From: Rhodosorus marinus CCMP1338
Lineage: Eukaryota > Plantae > Rhodophyta
DNA: 64,000 bases
Direction: 5' to 3'
Assembly: GCA_029953675.1 (NCBI GenBank)
Contig: JAMWBK010000006.1
Span: forward strand, 2,356,001-2,420,000
Under the pieces are notes generated by a model. That model made no database searches. It was not told the origin of the DNA and saw nothing but the letters and a program-made list of their open reading frames with translations. The translations under genes were made by a program, and so were the position numbers. Shown here piece after piece: positions 41,728 to 54,078 of this stretch; the stretch's first letter is position 1; each line of letters starts with the position of its first letter.

Positions 41728-42379
41728 ACCCACACAGCCAAAGGATGTACTATAGAGTAAAAGCGTTTCGCGCAATGCGCTGGGAGGACCCGGTGTTAGG
41801 AACGTCAGAAACCAATGACGAGCCTTGCAACGAGCGGCGGAGACTTGGATTTTTTGTTGTGTTGGTGTCCCCTCACGTGGATTGGAAACTAATAGTCAAG
41901 AAGACCAACGGCTGGAGGACGGAAGCGTGTATCGACTATATTATATATTTTGAAATTTTTTCCGTCTGCTTCCGCCTTCAAGCATATCGATTAAACGGAT
42001 ATTTGTTTTCCCCTAAAGTTTTTTTGTGAACATGCAACCTCCGCGTTAGTCTGGCAGCGGAAGAATTGGCCGATAAAAATGAAGGCAGAGTGTCCACGCA
42101 ATCGTATAATCCGCAAGTACTTCTTGGTCTGGGAGCTCGTTCCCCTGTCCAATTGACAGCATTGGAAGATTGGCTATATCTTTTTCAGTGTAGCTCTCTG
42201 CTTCTCCATGTATCCCTGCTTGATAGCTACTAACGAAACAGGATGCTCGCCTGTCTCGCCCGCCGAGATTAGATGTTGGGCCATCATCTTCACGTTGAAC
42301 TCGAGGTGGGTAGTGCCGTGTTTGTCCACAGCACGGGGACTGAGATAAGAGGTGGACTCGTAGATGATCTTTGAAGGCA

Positions 42380-45102
42380 ATGGAAGTATGCACAGGGTTT
42401 GTTTTGGCTTCTCCGCTCGTTTCAGAAAGCAAACGGACCGCTCTGAATGCCAGCAACTGCGATGTCCGCAAATCACCCTCGTCCAAGACGCGGAGGGCGA
42501 AAATGTGCGCCGAGGTCGGCGGTGAGACGGTGGAGTTGAATGGGACTGACGTGGAAGCACCTTTGGGAGACGAGGTTGTTCTCGGCCAAAAACAATTTTC
42601 AGTAGCTCGCCTAGGTCCTCTGTTTCTCTCTTGTTCATGCCATAGCATTGAAACTAACTAACTGCCTCCGTTTCATCCTTCTCTTCCCCTCTTGTGATGC
42701 TCGTTCGTCCAGATTGCCAGGAGGAGAAACTTGGCCATCATTTCCCACCCTGACGCAGGGAAGACGACTCTTACCGAAAAACTGCTCTTGTATGGAGGTG
42801 CCATCCAGCAGGCCGGTTCGGTTCGTGCTCGACGAGCTGGGCATAAGCTGGCGAGGTCGGATTGGATGAAAATGGAACAAGAGAGAGGCATTTCTATCAC
42901 TTCCACAGTGCTCACCTTCAACTATGAGGATCATCATATCAACATTTTGGATACACCTGGACATCAGGACTTCTCTGAAGACACTTATAGAACGCTCTCT
43001 GCAGCTGATAACGTAGTAATGCTTGTGGATGCAGCAAAAGGATTGGAGCCGCAGACAAGAAAACTGTTTGAAGTCTGCCAAATGCGTGAACTGCCTACCT
43101 TGACATTCATAAACAAGATGGACAGGTTCGTGCTGAAACATCAATGCTACAATGGTATTCGCGTGACAGCTCATGGCTTTTGGCATGTGCTGGGCTGTCC
43201 AGTTGGATATCTACTGAACATGTCCTTCCTCGCGGCTGCCGTTCAAATTTGGCGACCTAGACCGGCAATGAACCCTTTCGAATTATGCGACGAGATTGAA
43301 CAGCAGTTTGACCTGGAAACTGTTCCAGCTGTTTGGCCGATAGGAGATGGAGAAAACTTCAAAGGTATTGCGAAACGCTCACCGGTGTGGAAGCTCCTCA
43401 CGAGGCATAACCCCATTACGGCTTTATAAAGAGACGTGGTTGCCTAATTTCCTACTTCTGCTCTTGGTTTTGCTTTTATCCACGTCCTGCAGGCGTGCTG
43501 AAGCGTTCTGAGAGAGTTGTTTACCTGTTTGAAAAGAACCAGAAGGGGAAAACGGCGACTACGAAGAAGGTGCCGATGGATGACCCCGAGCTTTTGTCAC
43601 TTATTGGGCAGAACTTGTACGATCAGCTGTTTGAGGATGTGGAGATACTAGATGAAATGGTATGAGCCGCTGAGAGAAAGCTGATCAACGGAAACGTCAT
43701 GTTTCTTTCTAGACCATGACCTCCAATAAGCTCAGCTTTCCATTCTTCGTATGCTCTCGGTTAATTGCTAGTCTCCTTTTCTTAAATCTTGATTTGCTTT
43801 TACCAGGGCCACACGCTGGACACGGAAAAGCTCCTCAAAGGTGATCAGACTGTGGTCTATTTTGGATCTGCAATGACCAACTTTGGTGTTCAGATATTCC
43901 TGGACGACTTTTTGGATCTGGGTAGGGCTCCTGCAGAACGTTCGTCTTCGATCGGGACTATTGATCCAACCCGAGATGAGTTCAGCGGCTTTGTGTTTAA
44001 ACTTCAAGCGAACATGGACCCACGCCACAGGGACCGGCTAGCCTTCATCAGGATTGTTTCCGGTCGCTACGAGCGAGGGATGAAGGTATTTATCGGTTCC
44101 TCACTACGTTTGGAAAGGCCTCGGGAGGGACCTCTGCGGGAGACCGCCTGGATGCTTAATGTCGTGGGGTTAACCTAACCTCAGTCGCCATTCTCATGAA
44201 AAGGAAGAGCTGAAAGTTGTCACCTGCTTTGTTCGCTGTCAGGTGTTGCACAGCAGACTAGGTGCTCGTCAAATTAATTTAAATCAGGCCCAAAAGCTCT
44301 TCGCTGATGATCGTGAGAGTGTGCAAGTGGCTTTCCCAGGAGATATTGTCGTATGTTCAGTCGTTTTGTAATCTGTCGCCCGACCCCTTCGAGGCCACCG
44401 CTCGTGCTACATCGTATTCCTAAACGCTCTTCCATGTTTTCACTCCTGCAAACTCAGGGACTGAACAATCCAGGTTTGTTCAGTATCGGAGATACGATAT
44501 ACTCCGGCTCAGAAAAGGTCGTCTTTCCTGGAATCCCATCGTTTTCCCCCGAAATGTTCGCCTATCTCCGAAACCCAAACCCGAGCAACTACAAGAATTT
44601 CAAGAAGGGACTACAGCAGCTGCTTGAAGAAGGTAAGTAGCTGAAAAGCAGATGGCACCTGACCTGCTTTGGGCTAGTACGGGTCCGGCGGTTGATATCC
44701 GCAGGCAACTCACGTACGAATGGTGCATTTGTATGGAATCATTTAGGCGCGGTTCAGCTTCTTCGCACAAAAGAGGACCAAGGCAACGAAGGTCCGATCC
44801 TAGCGGCTGTTGGCCAGCTACAGTTTGATGTCGTGCAGCAGCGACTCCGGGATGAGTATGGAGTGGAGTCTAAACTTGAGCTACTGGGTTACTCTGTTGC
44901 CAGGTGGGTTTTGGGACCTGGAGATCCATGGAGCGCCCTTGAAAGCTGCGGACGACTCTTCAATGTTTTTTTCGCAAAAGACCGATGGAATCGTCCAGTG
45001 TTGCTATTCAAGAACGCCTGGAACCTAGCAAAGCTTGAAGAGGAGCACGGTGACAAGCTGGAGTTGAAGCCATGGGCCTTCGCTCCGGACCAGGCTGTTT
45101 AG
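42380..45102 (+). CDS. prfC: Bacterial-type peptide chain release factor 3 (GTPase), nuclear-encoded with plastid transit peptide, multi-exon
   Basis: [96 protein letters not shown]. Exon 1 [11 protein letters not shown]... is transit-peptide-like. Confidence 0.93.
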
Positions 45103-45409
45103 GTAACGCCCCTTGGTACGCGTTGCATTGGATGGTCACACACAAAAGCCTGAAAAACCCGCCTTGACCTGCTATCGTCCCGCACACGTTTTCATTCTTG
45201 ACATTTCTCCTGCTTCGATTGGGCAGTGGGCTCCCTTTGTCTCACCTCGCGGTACAAGCTGTGGAGTTCGCACTCAGCTGCATTTCCAGTTTTGTAGGTC
45301 CCACAAGGGCGACCTTCTACAGTCAGGTCGCCCCCTTTCCCCCACACTAATGCCATTTGTGCTTTAGTCATCTATACATACGCGGCTGACACTATCAAAC
45401 TACACTTGC

Positions 45410-48400
45410 TTAAACCGTCACCGGCAAGCACGTGTCGCCTCGAACAACTCGTTCCCCAATTTTTGATATTTGGAAGGCCCTTTGCTCCCAATTCGCTAAA
45501 CCGTCCCCGCAGACTACATCCGCGTTAATCGCGGTTGCCCGAACCAAAGGGCCAAGGGCTCCCTCCGAAACCACCTCAATGCGGTCCGGTTTCAGAGGTC
45601 CGAAAGGGGCAATTCCAGGTTTGTTCACTCGCACTCTAACCCGATACTGTGACTGTCCTCCCGGGCTGACTACTATGTGCACGGAGTTGAACTGGCTGTC
45701 GACGACTTTGGCATCGAAGTCTGGGCCTTTTTCGCTCCAAATCACGTTTACGTGATCGTTTCCTACGTGCCTCTTTTTGAGTACCCCACTGCTCCGGTCT
45801 GTATTAGGCATCATTGTTGTGACGTGGAACACAACCTGAGTTGCACAATCAGCCCAATGGAGGCAGTACTCGCCGTCAATGTCTCTCCCGCTCGAGTCCA
45901 GTCCCCCAGTGAAAATGTTTCCAGACGTCTTTCCCAGTCGAATGAATGAACCAAGTCGGCGCAGAAATCCCAGGTAAGCATCAGATCCTGCAATGTTGTC
46001 GAGAATAGATGCTTCATCACCGTCATCTTCTCCCACATAAATGAGGCCAATCCTGTGAGTATCTTCTGCGGCCAAGCGATCCAGCATTGATAGTGCGTGG
46101 GGAACCAACTCGTCTTCTTCAGGGAGAGGAGCCGCTCCTTTGCCACCTAGGCCAAGCTGGCACAGTAGCCGCACTGGATCTCGTGGCGTCCCCGATGCAG
46201 TAGAGAGCTGCAACACGTCAGATGCAGACCCGATAGCATCTGTAAGCGTCGACATCGCCTGGTAAGCCTTTCTCAGCGCCCTCTTCTTCTTTAGCTTTGG
46301 CTGATGCGTCTTGTTTTTGGCGATAGCAAGATCCGCAAGGCTCAGTAAGCCTGATTCTTCCGAGGGCACTTGTTCTTTTGGTCGAGGACTGTCTCCTGCG
46401 GAAACCAGGTTCGCCTCTTCCTGCTGACGTGAGTCCCCGCTCAATGCACCGCCATGCCTACCCTCTACAGTATTCGATTTAAGAGTGGAGGGAACGTTGG
46501 ACGACTGCACCCAAAAGCGCGAGGTTCCCGTTGGCCGTCGCTGCACAACCTCAACCGGAGAGTCTTTGTTGAGGAGTACAGAAGGAAATTAGTAAGACTG
46601 GCAATTGGTGTTTCTGGATACCATAGCAAGGAGTTTTGAACACGGAAGTTTCCGATCCTACCTGGGCGCATATAGATGGAAACTAGATGCTGCGTCGGTT
46701 TAAGGCCAACTATGAACGTTGCCTCCTTTCCTTCGCCCGTCTGGCTTTGCCCAGGTCTTCGACGCCATGCCACTCCGAGCTTTGTTCGTTCATCCTCATG
46801 AACAAAACATCCGACGTATTCGACGCAAGCAATGGCCAGAATCTCTCCAGCAGCTGCTAACGGGTTCAAATGCTCGCTCAACAACCCTACTACAGCGCTT
46901 GGGTCCGCAACCCTAGCCCAGAGGATAAAATTTGCAAGGCAAAGGCGTCTCCAGCGCGCTGAGTTTTTTTCTTCTACTTTTGAACTCCTCTTTATCGCCG
47001 TGAGGACGCTCTTCAGACCCATTGACGCTACCTGAATTTTCAGCGGTCACCCCAATATTAATCTGGCGTTCAGACGAAGCGGTGTAAGGCTTGGCGAATT
47101 AAGAACCAACCTTGTAGTCGGCAGGAAGCGATGAAAAGTTTTTGAGACACTCAAGAATGCATAGGAGCTCGAGTTCATCAACATCGTCAGCCTGTAGACA
47201 TTCATGTATAGCTCCCAGTATTCCCTCTGCAGCAGGACCATCCAGCGGTTTTGAGCAATTGTGTGCAAACAGGTAGTTCAAAATTTCTCGAGTATCTGAA
47301 ATGGATCTCGAAGCTGCGTCCAATTCCCCTTGCAGCACGCATACAGTTTCTTGGCAAACGAGACAGCATCGTAGCATTAGTCAGTACTTCAAAGTCAATA
47401 CCGAGTTCGCAGAGGGTTTAACGAGAGCGCCTGGTATGCTAGCATCTAGTGGCATACTGTGCCTCCTCTAGCATGGCAGCAGAGGATGTCTCCATTTTAC
47501 TAACCTTCGACTTCAACATTGTACCCTGCTAGCATGTGAAGAACTGCAAGAAGCTGTCTTCTCAGATTTGGAGTCTTTGCGTACAGAACGTCGTCCCGAA
47601 CGTCACGCAGAAGCTCAGCGGCCAGCCACTCTAACTTGCAGTCCCTAACCGGGTTCGGGGAAACAAACATAGGAGAGGTTTGAAGTCGTCAATTCGTTGG
47701 GACGGAAGATAGTCTACTCTCTCGCTTCGAGAGTGTTGAGACTAGAGCAGCTGGCTTGAGGTCGCGGACCTCATTACAAACACGTTGGAAAGAAGGGCCT
47801 CTAAAGACTCGAACACTGCCGAGCTCAGTTTCTCCGAACACTCTTCCTTCAATCTTTGAGCGAAGTTGGTAATCGCGAACTGAATAGGAAAGAGGACAAT
47901 AGGCGTTGACTCGTCACCTTTCCGAGCACTGCGGAGGTGGCTGACGAGGAAGTACGAGTGCACTCCAGCAGCTATAATCCGATACTGTGAGGTGGCGGAG
48001 ATTGTGGAGACAGCATGTATTGCAATCTCCCGCGATTTCTCATTCGGGGAGTGCACGTGTACGCCAACGAGGGACTTGAAAACTGACACTGCCCTTGAGA
48101 TTGGGGTCCTCGTCATTCTCGAATACAGCAACTGAACCAGTAAGCTAGTTGCCTCACCCGCTGGAGAGTAACCTTGGCGAGCCTGTGCGTTTTTGGAGGT
48201 TAACGAATTAAGTCGTTGAGAAATCGTATTATGCCACGCTCTTACGAGGACCATATTGCGAGACTTTTTTCACCCTTTCATCAAAATGCTCCAGAATAGC
48301 TGAAAACCTCGTATCCGCAATCGGCAAATCCCGAGCAACTTCAAAGAGCAGGCTTAACTCGAGTTCCGTTGAGGGGGAAGTTTCTGCAACTAGCTCCTGG

Positions 48401-50383
48401 CCAATATACGGCAAGAGAACGTCACCCACCAAGGTATCGTCGTAAAGCCCTTTGCATGTGGCGGAATCGAAATAGGCGCGATGAGCAAACAACTGTCTCC
48501 GTCTCATCGGTGCTTTTGGAACAGTACTATCCCGCAAGCTTGCTTTGAATGTGAAACTACAAGAAGAGTCTCGAAGCAGGCTCATCTAGCCATATGCTCT
48601 GATAAAGCTCACCCTGATAAGTCACCAGAGCGTCACGAATGGTATTGAGCGTCTCTACACGAATGTTCTCCCTAGATTCCTCCTTGTAGTAAAGCGTCAT
48701 GACTTTCTGCAGTACGTCAACATAACTAACTAGTCCTCTCCAAGGCTGCGCTGAGCTTGCTCGAGCTCGCATTAACTCAAGCTGGGCATACCAGGTATAG
48801 GAAAACACTTTGTTGAGCAAACTGCACCCACTACCGAAGAACTCAGATTTGCATGGGAAGAGAGGCAGTATCGCTTACGGCTATTTCCTCAGGCAACATG
48901 TCCCTGCACTTGTCCAGGACGTTTCCAATTCTCTCGTAAGTGTAATTAGCATCCAGCGGCAGTTGAGTATCGTGCCTGAAAATTCAGTACACATCTGGTC
49001 AGCAAGGGCAGTTTCCTGCAGGCTGAGGCTGCGATCGGTACGACGGGTAGTAGGTCTCATCCACAGAAATTAGACTCCTGCAAGTAATGGCTCGAGTCCA
49101 TTCAGTTCATTTCTTCGGAGACTTACCGTTGCGACCTATCCGCCGCAAGTGACTCTACTGATGTCTGCAGATAAAACGCGGCCAGTTCTAGCGCAGTTTC
49201 CTTCAGCGTTAAGCATTTGCCTGTGTGTGGAATCAGATCTTCGAAAAGATCCAGGACGGCATCCCACTCGACATCAAGTTCCGGTCCATACTTCTTCACT
49301 AGCCTGCGAAGGCTAAGCTCAACTTCGGTAATCACGTGCGCCTCTCCACTACTTGTAGCAACTCGTAGAATGGACAGTGCAGAAGTAAGGGAAGTTTCTT
49401 TCGCGATAGCTTCTATTCGTTGATGGCTCCAAAGAGCCATCCCTATGAGATAGACAGCCCCTCGTACTAAGGCCGCATCTGTTGCATTTTTCTGCGGTGT
49501 TTTGGCTATCTTTGCGATCGAGCCGAAGAAGTAATGTCTGCAAGGAAGGGCAAGAAGCTTCTTGCAGAATGAAACAACGGCTCGTACTTGCTCATCACCT
49601 TTCGGTCCCTCGCTTGAATTCACTTCCATCGTCAACGTTGCGCACAAGATTTTGGCGAGAGCGTCAGAGTACAGAGAAAAGTGTTTCTGCAATGGCAGCA
49701 CTGCCAGGAGCTCAATGGCTAGCTTCACATTCTTTGATGACTTTGCTTCCTCAATAACCTTCAAACAAGCGCGGAAAACTTCCGCCGTTGGGGAGTTTCC
49801 CCTGAGCCGAGGATTGTGCGTCGCGATGTTTGTAGCCAAGACCAGGGCAAGGGCGATCACGTCGGGCTCAGAAGAAGTTTCCATTGTTCTCGCCAACAAA
49901 ATGAGCAACTTTGAAGTCTCAACACCCTTGACATGAAGCCCAGCATTTGTAATTAGATAGAATGCAGCGAAAAAGCGCTCATCATTCTCCAGCCCCAGTC
50001 GCAGATCCGTATCCGCATTCGACCACTCGTACAGAGCGTGCAACAATGTGGACAGCTCAGAGTCTGTGAGGATGAGCTGGAAAGATTAGCGACGACGAGT
50101 TACGCGCCGAAAACGAGAGAAAGAAACGTCGACTATAAGTCCATGTTAACCAGGCTGAACAGGACACTTCTGCAATTTAAGAGTCTCCAGCCGAGCTGCG
50201 TACCTCTGGAAGGAGCGTCTCCAGACCCTCAATTACTTTGGTCGGGTATTCGTCAGTTCTTGTTACGGCGTCGACAAGCGTGGATGCCAAAAGTTTGTCC
50301 TGTATTGTGGACCTTTCCTGAGTCCCTTCTGTACGGGGAAAACCGTCCCTTGAGTTCAAGAGAGCAGGTATTGATAGTCTCAT
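45410..50383 (-). CDS. TSC2: Tuberin/TSC2 (Rheb GAP): N-terminal HEAT/DUF3384 region plus C-terminal Rap-GAP domain, multi-exon; start approximate
   Basis: ALVRGAVYLIGMALW (tuberin N-terminal LRGAVFFVGMALW). GAP domain HRIGLIYVG, GS..Y..FL..LG, FTGGLD, VVFHVTTMMP, and Asn-thumb KKRHVGNDHV, FGPL. Confidence 0.85.
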
Positions 50384-50987
50384 CGTCGCACTCCTGAAAT
50401 CCTAGAAAAGTATCTGGTTCTATCTCTATATATAAATGGCTTCAACAGATAAAGCTCCGTAGACGCTCCCTTCAAATTCTGACAGAGCTAATAACGCGGG
50501 ACAAACTTCCTCCTATCAGATATTGATCTATGACCTCCCATCTCGCCGAAAAAGCTGTTACACTGACCGCGTGCACCTGATTCCATCTATGTCCGGGTCC
50601 CTCGAACTATCACTGCTCTCGTTCTCCCGTTTCCTCTACGTCCCACAAAGCAAGTAGTATTCCCAGTAGCGCAGCACGCCAGCAAAGCGCTCGTGGTCCA
50701 GTGAATGGTTCAGTTACCCCGCAGATTTGATTGGGAACAGGAATGCCAATCAACTCGTTCTCTTGACCACGGCTCTCTACCCCATCGCCGACGTCTTTCC
50801 ATCCCTTGGAAGCACGCTGTGCTCTTGGACCATTCTGACCAGCGCTGAAGAATCTCAAAAGATTTCGTCCTCAACTTTTCAACATACGTTTTCCAGAAAT
50901 ATCTCGAGGACAGGTCAAGGAACAATCGGCCATGTACATCAACTACTATTCGGGGTGCTCGACACGCGTTGGGGCATGCGAGTAAAC

Positions 50988-51260
50988 CTGGGCATGAGTA
51001 AATTTCCAGATTCATTCTTGCTCACAAGATTCTTCGTGTACATTTAGCAAACAAAGAGAAACGGCCTATTGACCTTGCGCCAGTTAAGTTCAAATATTCT
51101 GGGCATGAGTAAATTTCCGGATTCGTTCAGCTCACGCTATTCTGCGTGGTACATTTTGCAAATGAACAAAGGGAAACGACCTATTTGACCTTGTGCCTGT
51201 TAAGTTCAACGATTCTGGGCATGAGTAAGTTTCCAGATTCGTTCATGCTCACACGATTCT
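50988..51260. repeat. Degenerate tandem repeat, ~2.4 copies of a 111-116 bp unit
   Basis: Units start CTGGGCATGAGTAA at 50988, 51099 and 51215. Copies 1 and 2 align over their whole length and copy 3 over ~46 nt. A partial GGGCATGCGAGTAAA lies at 50972. Confidence 0.9.
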
Positions 51261-51333
51261 GTTTACTTTAGTCGTTATAACATCTGTACAGAGATTATTC
51301 TCCCATCGGATTCCCAGGCGGTCACAGCTGGAA

Positions 51334-54078
51334 CTAATGAGGAAGCGGGATGGCATTTGCAATCTCGCTTGACGGACTATGTTGTACAAGTCTATTGCGT
51401 TCTTCCAATCTCTGCGTCTGCTTTTCAGCAGCCTCCCACAGCGATTCGTCACAAATTGCTTTCAACTTTCTATAAAGCTTTACAAACGCTCCAGTTTCAC
51501 CTTCCTGAAACGAGACCTGCAAAAGAATGCGGAAACGGTTGAGATTCCATGTCTGGTGCTAGAAAGCAATTCAACGCGCACAATCCATCCCAACGCTCGG
51601 ATTTGTTCCACTACGTGCAATGCCTTACCGAAAGAAACGCTCTCCTAGCATTCCTCTGCATTGAAGTTTGCAGGTGAGGCCTATTCACGTTTGGTACGCT
51701 TTTCGACTCTGCCATGTTCCCAAAGGACTGCGCTCGAAGCTGCGGCACGACACCTGGAGCAGTAGTTGCAATGTGTCGCTTGTGTGGATATTGACTCAGC
51801 GTCCTCGATATGGCTGAGTTCTCGAGCACCTCGTGCGATCTTCGAAGGTCCGCCCAGCCGGAATCGCGCGCAACTGCAAATCCATCTTGCACATGCTTGT
51901 CTGTTTCAACCTCGCTCTCTTCTTCATCCGGAGTGTTTGGTCTAGTGCACAACGTTAAGAGAAACTTCAAGTCCAAGCTGGGGTGGTGGCACTTGATACA
52001 CCACATCCCCTCCACTTTGTCCGGAAGCGCGTCATTGTCTACCGCCCCGAGGTGGAAATGGGTCTTGTGCTGGTACAGAACACTCGCGATGATCATTTCC
52101 GCGAGATCAGGCCTGCGCACATAGAGTGGGTGGACTGGAATCTCCAACTTGTCGAGGACAGGAGGGTACTCATCGCCTGCACTAAACCAGGGATGTTCCA
52201 GGAGCTTTTCGAACGATGGTCGAGCGTCGGGATCGACGTTGAGCATCTTGCTCAAAAGGTTGATCGCTTCGACACTCAAGTTTAGCGGCGTTTTGTACGT
52301 CCCTAAAAGACATGCGTAGAGGGGAAAACAATTTGATCAGGTTTCAACGCTAGAATAACAGCAGTCAGTGGTTATTCCCTCTCGCACATACCGGTTACAA
52401 TGGACGTCAGCAAATCTGTACTATCCAAATCATAAAACGGCGGGTGTCCAACCAAAAGACAATACATTGACACCCCGGCACCCCAAACGTCGATCTTCCG
52501 GCCCGAATAGCACATTCCTAAAACTTGCTCCGGCGACAAGCTATATATGCTCCCTACCAAAGTGGTAGAGAACATGTCCCAGGCAGCAGTGAATACTCCG
52601 CTTTGACCAAAGTCGCCCAACTTCAGCTTAGCCTTATTGTCGAGTAGCATATTTTCCAGTCTCACATCTCTGTGGCAAATGCCGAGACTGTGACAGCACT
52701 CCAAGGTCTCGAAAAGTTGCCGCATGTAGTACCTTGCAACTTCCTCGGGGAGAAGGTTGCTGGGATAGAGCCTGACGATGTCAATCAGGGAGCCACCACC
52801 AAGGAGCTCCATTCTTAGATACATGTTTTCGTCATCTTCGAGCACTTCTTCCAGCTCAACCACGTGCGGATGACCAGTCAACATCTTAAGGGACTCGATT
52901 TCATGATCTAACCGCGACATGTAAGCACAGTTACCTAGAGGCAGCAGTGTTTAGACGATTAAGCAACGATCCAAACAGAAAATCGGCATCAACAGCTTCG
53001 TTCGAAGTCGATCATTCCGTTAGAGGAACGGCTCACCTTTCTTTACGATCTTCAGCGCGTATTTTTCATTTGTCTCCATGCTTGATGCGAATCTGACGAT
53101 TCCAGTGGCTCCTTTCCCTATGATTCTTCCGAGCTCGCAGTTCCCCACCGTATCCAGATGTCGAGATTCCCAGTACTCATACTCACGAGTAATCAGATCC
53201 GCAAGTATAATGAAGTGGTCTTGATTAAGAACACCGGAGCCAACAGTATCAAATTCGCTCATGATTCTCTCTTCAGGGGAAACTCCGGGGGGATTAGAGA
53301 ATGATAGCTCGGACAGGTGAATGTTGTCGTACTCCAAGATGCGAAACAAACAGGATAGTTCGGCTATCGTCACGTAGTTCTGTCTACCAAAGTCTGTGAC
53401 CTTCCAAAGCCACTGCATAAACTCCTCCCGTGCACCATCCTCAGAGAGAAATACTGTTAGTTCCTTGAACATTTTGAGCCGAACTCTTTCTCCCACAGCG
53501 GTTGTTTTCGCGTGCTCCGAGTACTCAACTTCTTCTGCATCGACCTCGTTTTCTGAGAGTACTTTCTCGGATTGTGCATCACTTGAGTTCCCATAAATGG
53601 CCACGGAGGGACCATTAGTCTTTTCGGATATTCCAGAATCTCGAAGCGAATGTCTCTGAATCGAATCATCCGGGACGAACACGCTGCGAACCTTCGACAA
53701 ATTTGCGAAACGACGGAACGTCGAACCGTTGCCAGTATGGGTGTCGCTGTCCGTCGTTTCCTGCTTCGTCAATTGCACACCCCTATTCAACAGCTCCTTG
53801 AATTCTGTGTCTGAAAGCTCGTCACGCAGTCTTTCTTTGGAAGTATTAAAGAAAGAATACGTGTCTGCTAGAGACTTGAAAGTGAGCGTGCCATTCTTTA
53901 GCTCGTCAAAATAAAACAGAACTGGAAGACTGTTGATGAAAGTCCAACATTTCGGCACTTTTGCAATATCCCCCAGTGACAGATACCCGTTGTTTTGTGT
54001 GTCCAACTCATTTAAAAGCCCAACAAGCTGTTCCTCGTTCTCAATGGGCAGCCAATCGCTGCTATAGCTGGCTCCCAT
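51334..54078 (-). CDS. Ser/Thr kinase of the SNF1/AMPK/CIPK-like (CAMKL) group with four N-terminal EF-hand-like motifs and a KA1-like C-terminus, ~4 exons
   Basis: MGASYS. EF-like DTQNNGYLSLGD, DELKNGTLTFKS, DFGRQNYVTIAE and DTVGSGVLNQDH. Kinase motifs IGKGATGIV, ALK, HPHVV, HRDVRLEN, DFG, SPE, DVWGAG, GHPPF and DPDARP...HPWF. The last exon reads FQEGETGAFVKLYRKL. Confidence 0.88.

Noticed and set aside
42046-42648. 200-aa and 154-aa minus-strand ORFs
   Set aside because: They overlap prfC exon 1 antisense, have non-ATG starts and show no recognisable motifs.
50988-51260. CRISPR-like array or snoRNA cluster
   Set aside because: The 'spacers' are homologous to each other, so this is a tandem duplication. 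There are no cas genes in this eukaryotic DNA and no C/D or H boxes.
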